A stretch of 64,000 nucleotides of DNA, from positions 124,001 to 188,000 of the forward strand of contig QPMI01000709.1 of NCBI GenBank assembly GCA_004431415.1, given 5' to 3'. The first letter of the stretch is position 1; the number at the start of each line of letters is the position of its first letter. The notes beneath the pieces are model-generated. The model made no database searches, was not told the DNA's origin, and saw only the letters and a list, made by a program, of their open reading frames with translations. Positions 63,357 to 64,000 of this stretch are shown here, one piece after another. A program made the translations under genes and the position numbers. This stretch comes from Cyanophora paradoxa CCMP329 (Eukaryota; Plantae; Glaucophyta).

Positions 63357-64000
63357 CTAGGCCTTGAGGGCGAAGGAGACCTGGGGCTTGCCCGGGACGG
63401 CGAACTCTTTCCTGTTCTCGGGGTCCTCGGCGGCGGGGTCCGAGGTGCGGGCGACGGAGAGGGCGCCGGCGGGGAGCTCGAGCTGCTTGCAGAGCCACGC
63501 GAGGTTCTCCTGCAGCACCGCCACCTGCACACCCAGAACGACGCAGGTCAGGTCAGGCCGAGCCCGGGGCCTCCCCCTCGCCTCCCCCTCCGCCCCGCTC
63601 CCCCCGCGGACCTCATCGAAGGGCATGACGAGCTCGAAGGCCTCCACGCCGCGCGCCTCCGAGTCCTCCTTCACGTACCTGGCGGCCTCCTTCTCAGGGG
63701 CGGGGCCGAGGCGGGGCGGGCGCAGGGGCGCGGCGGGCGCTCGCGCACCCGATGAGCGGCATGAGCTTCTTCCAGTTGGCCTCGACGCTGGGGACGGCCC
63801 GCAGGCGCGGGATGGTGTCGGCCGGCCAGCTGCCCTTGGCGCCCTCGTAGATGGCGCGAGCCGTCGTGAGGAAGTCCTGGTGGTACTGCGGGAACTCGCC
63901 GGCGACGAGGACGACGCCGCGCTCGACCTCGACCTTGGCGGGGGGCGCGCCGCCCTTGGCGCCGCCCTTCTTGGGCTTGGAGAGCTTCTCGAGGCGCTCG
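63357..64000 (-). CDS. LARS1: Cytosolic leucyl-tRNA synthetase, 3' part (continues beyond window)
   Basis: WKKLMPLI|.YVKE...FELVMPFDE|VAVLQENLAWL..QLEL...AVPGKP.V.F matches the eukaryotic LeuRS C-terminal domain. Confidence 0.85.
   Translation of the reverse strand, partial: SASRSSPSPRRAAPRAARPPPRSRSSAASSSSPASSRSTTRTSSRRLAPSTRAPRAAGRPTPSRACGPSPASRPTGRSSCRSSGARAPAAPLRPPRLGPAPEKEAARYVKEDSEARGVEAFELVMPFDEVRGGSGAEGEARGRPRARPDLTCVVLGVQVAVLQENLAWLCKQLELPAGALSVARTSDPAAEDPENRKEFAVPGKPQVSFALKA

Overview
Gene-dense, very intron-rich eukaryotic nuclear DNA, not prokaryotic, so the supplied ORF track only catches exon fragments. I rebuilt the genes by hand from protein motifs and GT/GC-AG junctions, so internal boundaries are approximate. 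About 22 genes are complete (THUMPD1, RAB5IF, SAS10, PSMC4, bL27, a secreted IPT/TIG protein, TOM40, UBA52, GCP4, 14-3-3, RPL4, NMT, CFAP44, DNAJC9, HYOU1, CbbY, ARP2, PEMT/OPI3, an unknown Q/A-rich protein, U2AF35, a cNMP-binding protein, LAG1, a GT10 fucosyltransferase, LRRIQ1 and a K/E-rich protein). LARS1 is cut at the right edge. Introns are mostly 45-90 nt. Flagellar genes plus a plastid transit peptide starting MQAF suggest a flagellated alga, most likely a glaucophyte such as Cyanophora (inference). Four observations stand out. (1) A six-intron gene, invisible in the ORF track, splices to an HMGN-like protein (MAGKRKSEG...KPQRRSSRLS...KAEPKP), although HMGN is regarded as vertebrate-specific. 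(2) HYOU1 has an AT-AC first intron without U12 consensus. (3) A nuclear bacterial-type bL27 has no AUG-initiated targeting peptide but carries a hydrophobic C-terminal tail. (4) The long spacers are built from shared short words, and the same 8-mer CCTCGGAG marks two indels between tandem-duplicate copies.
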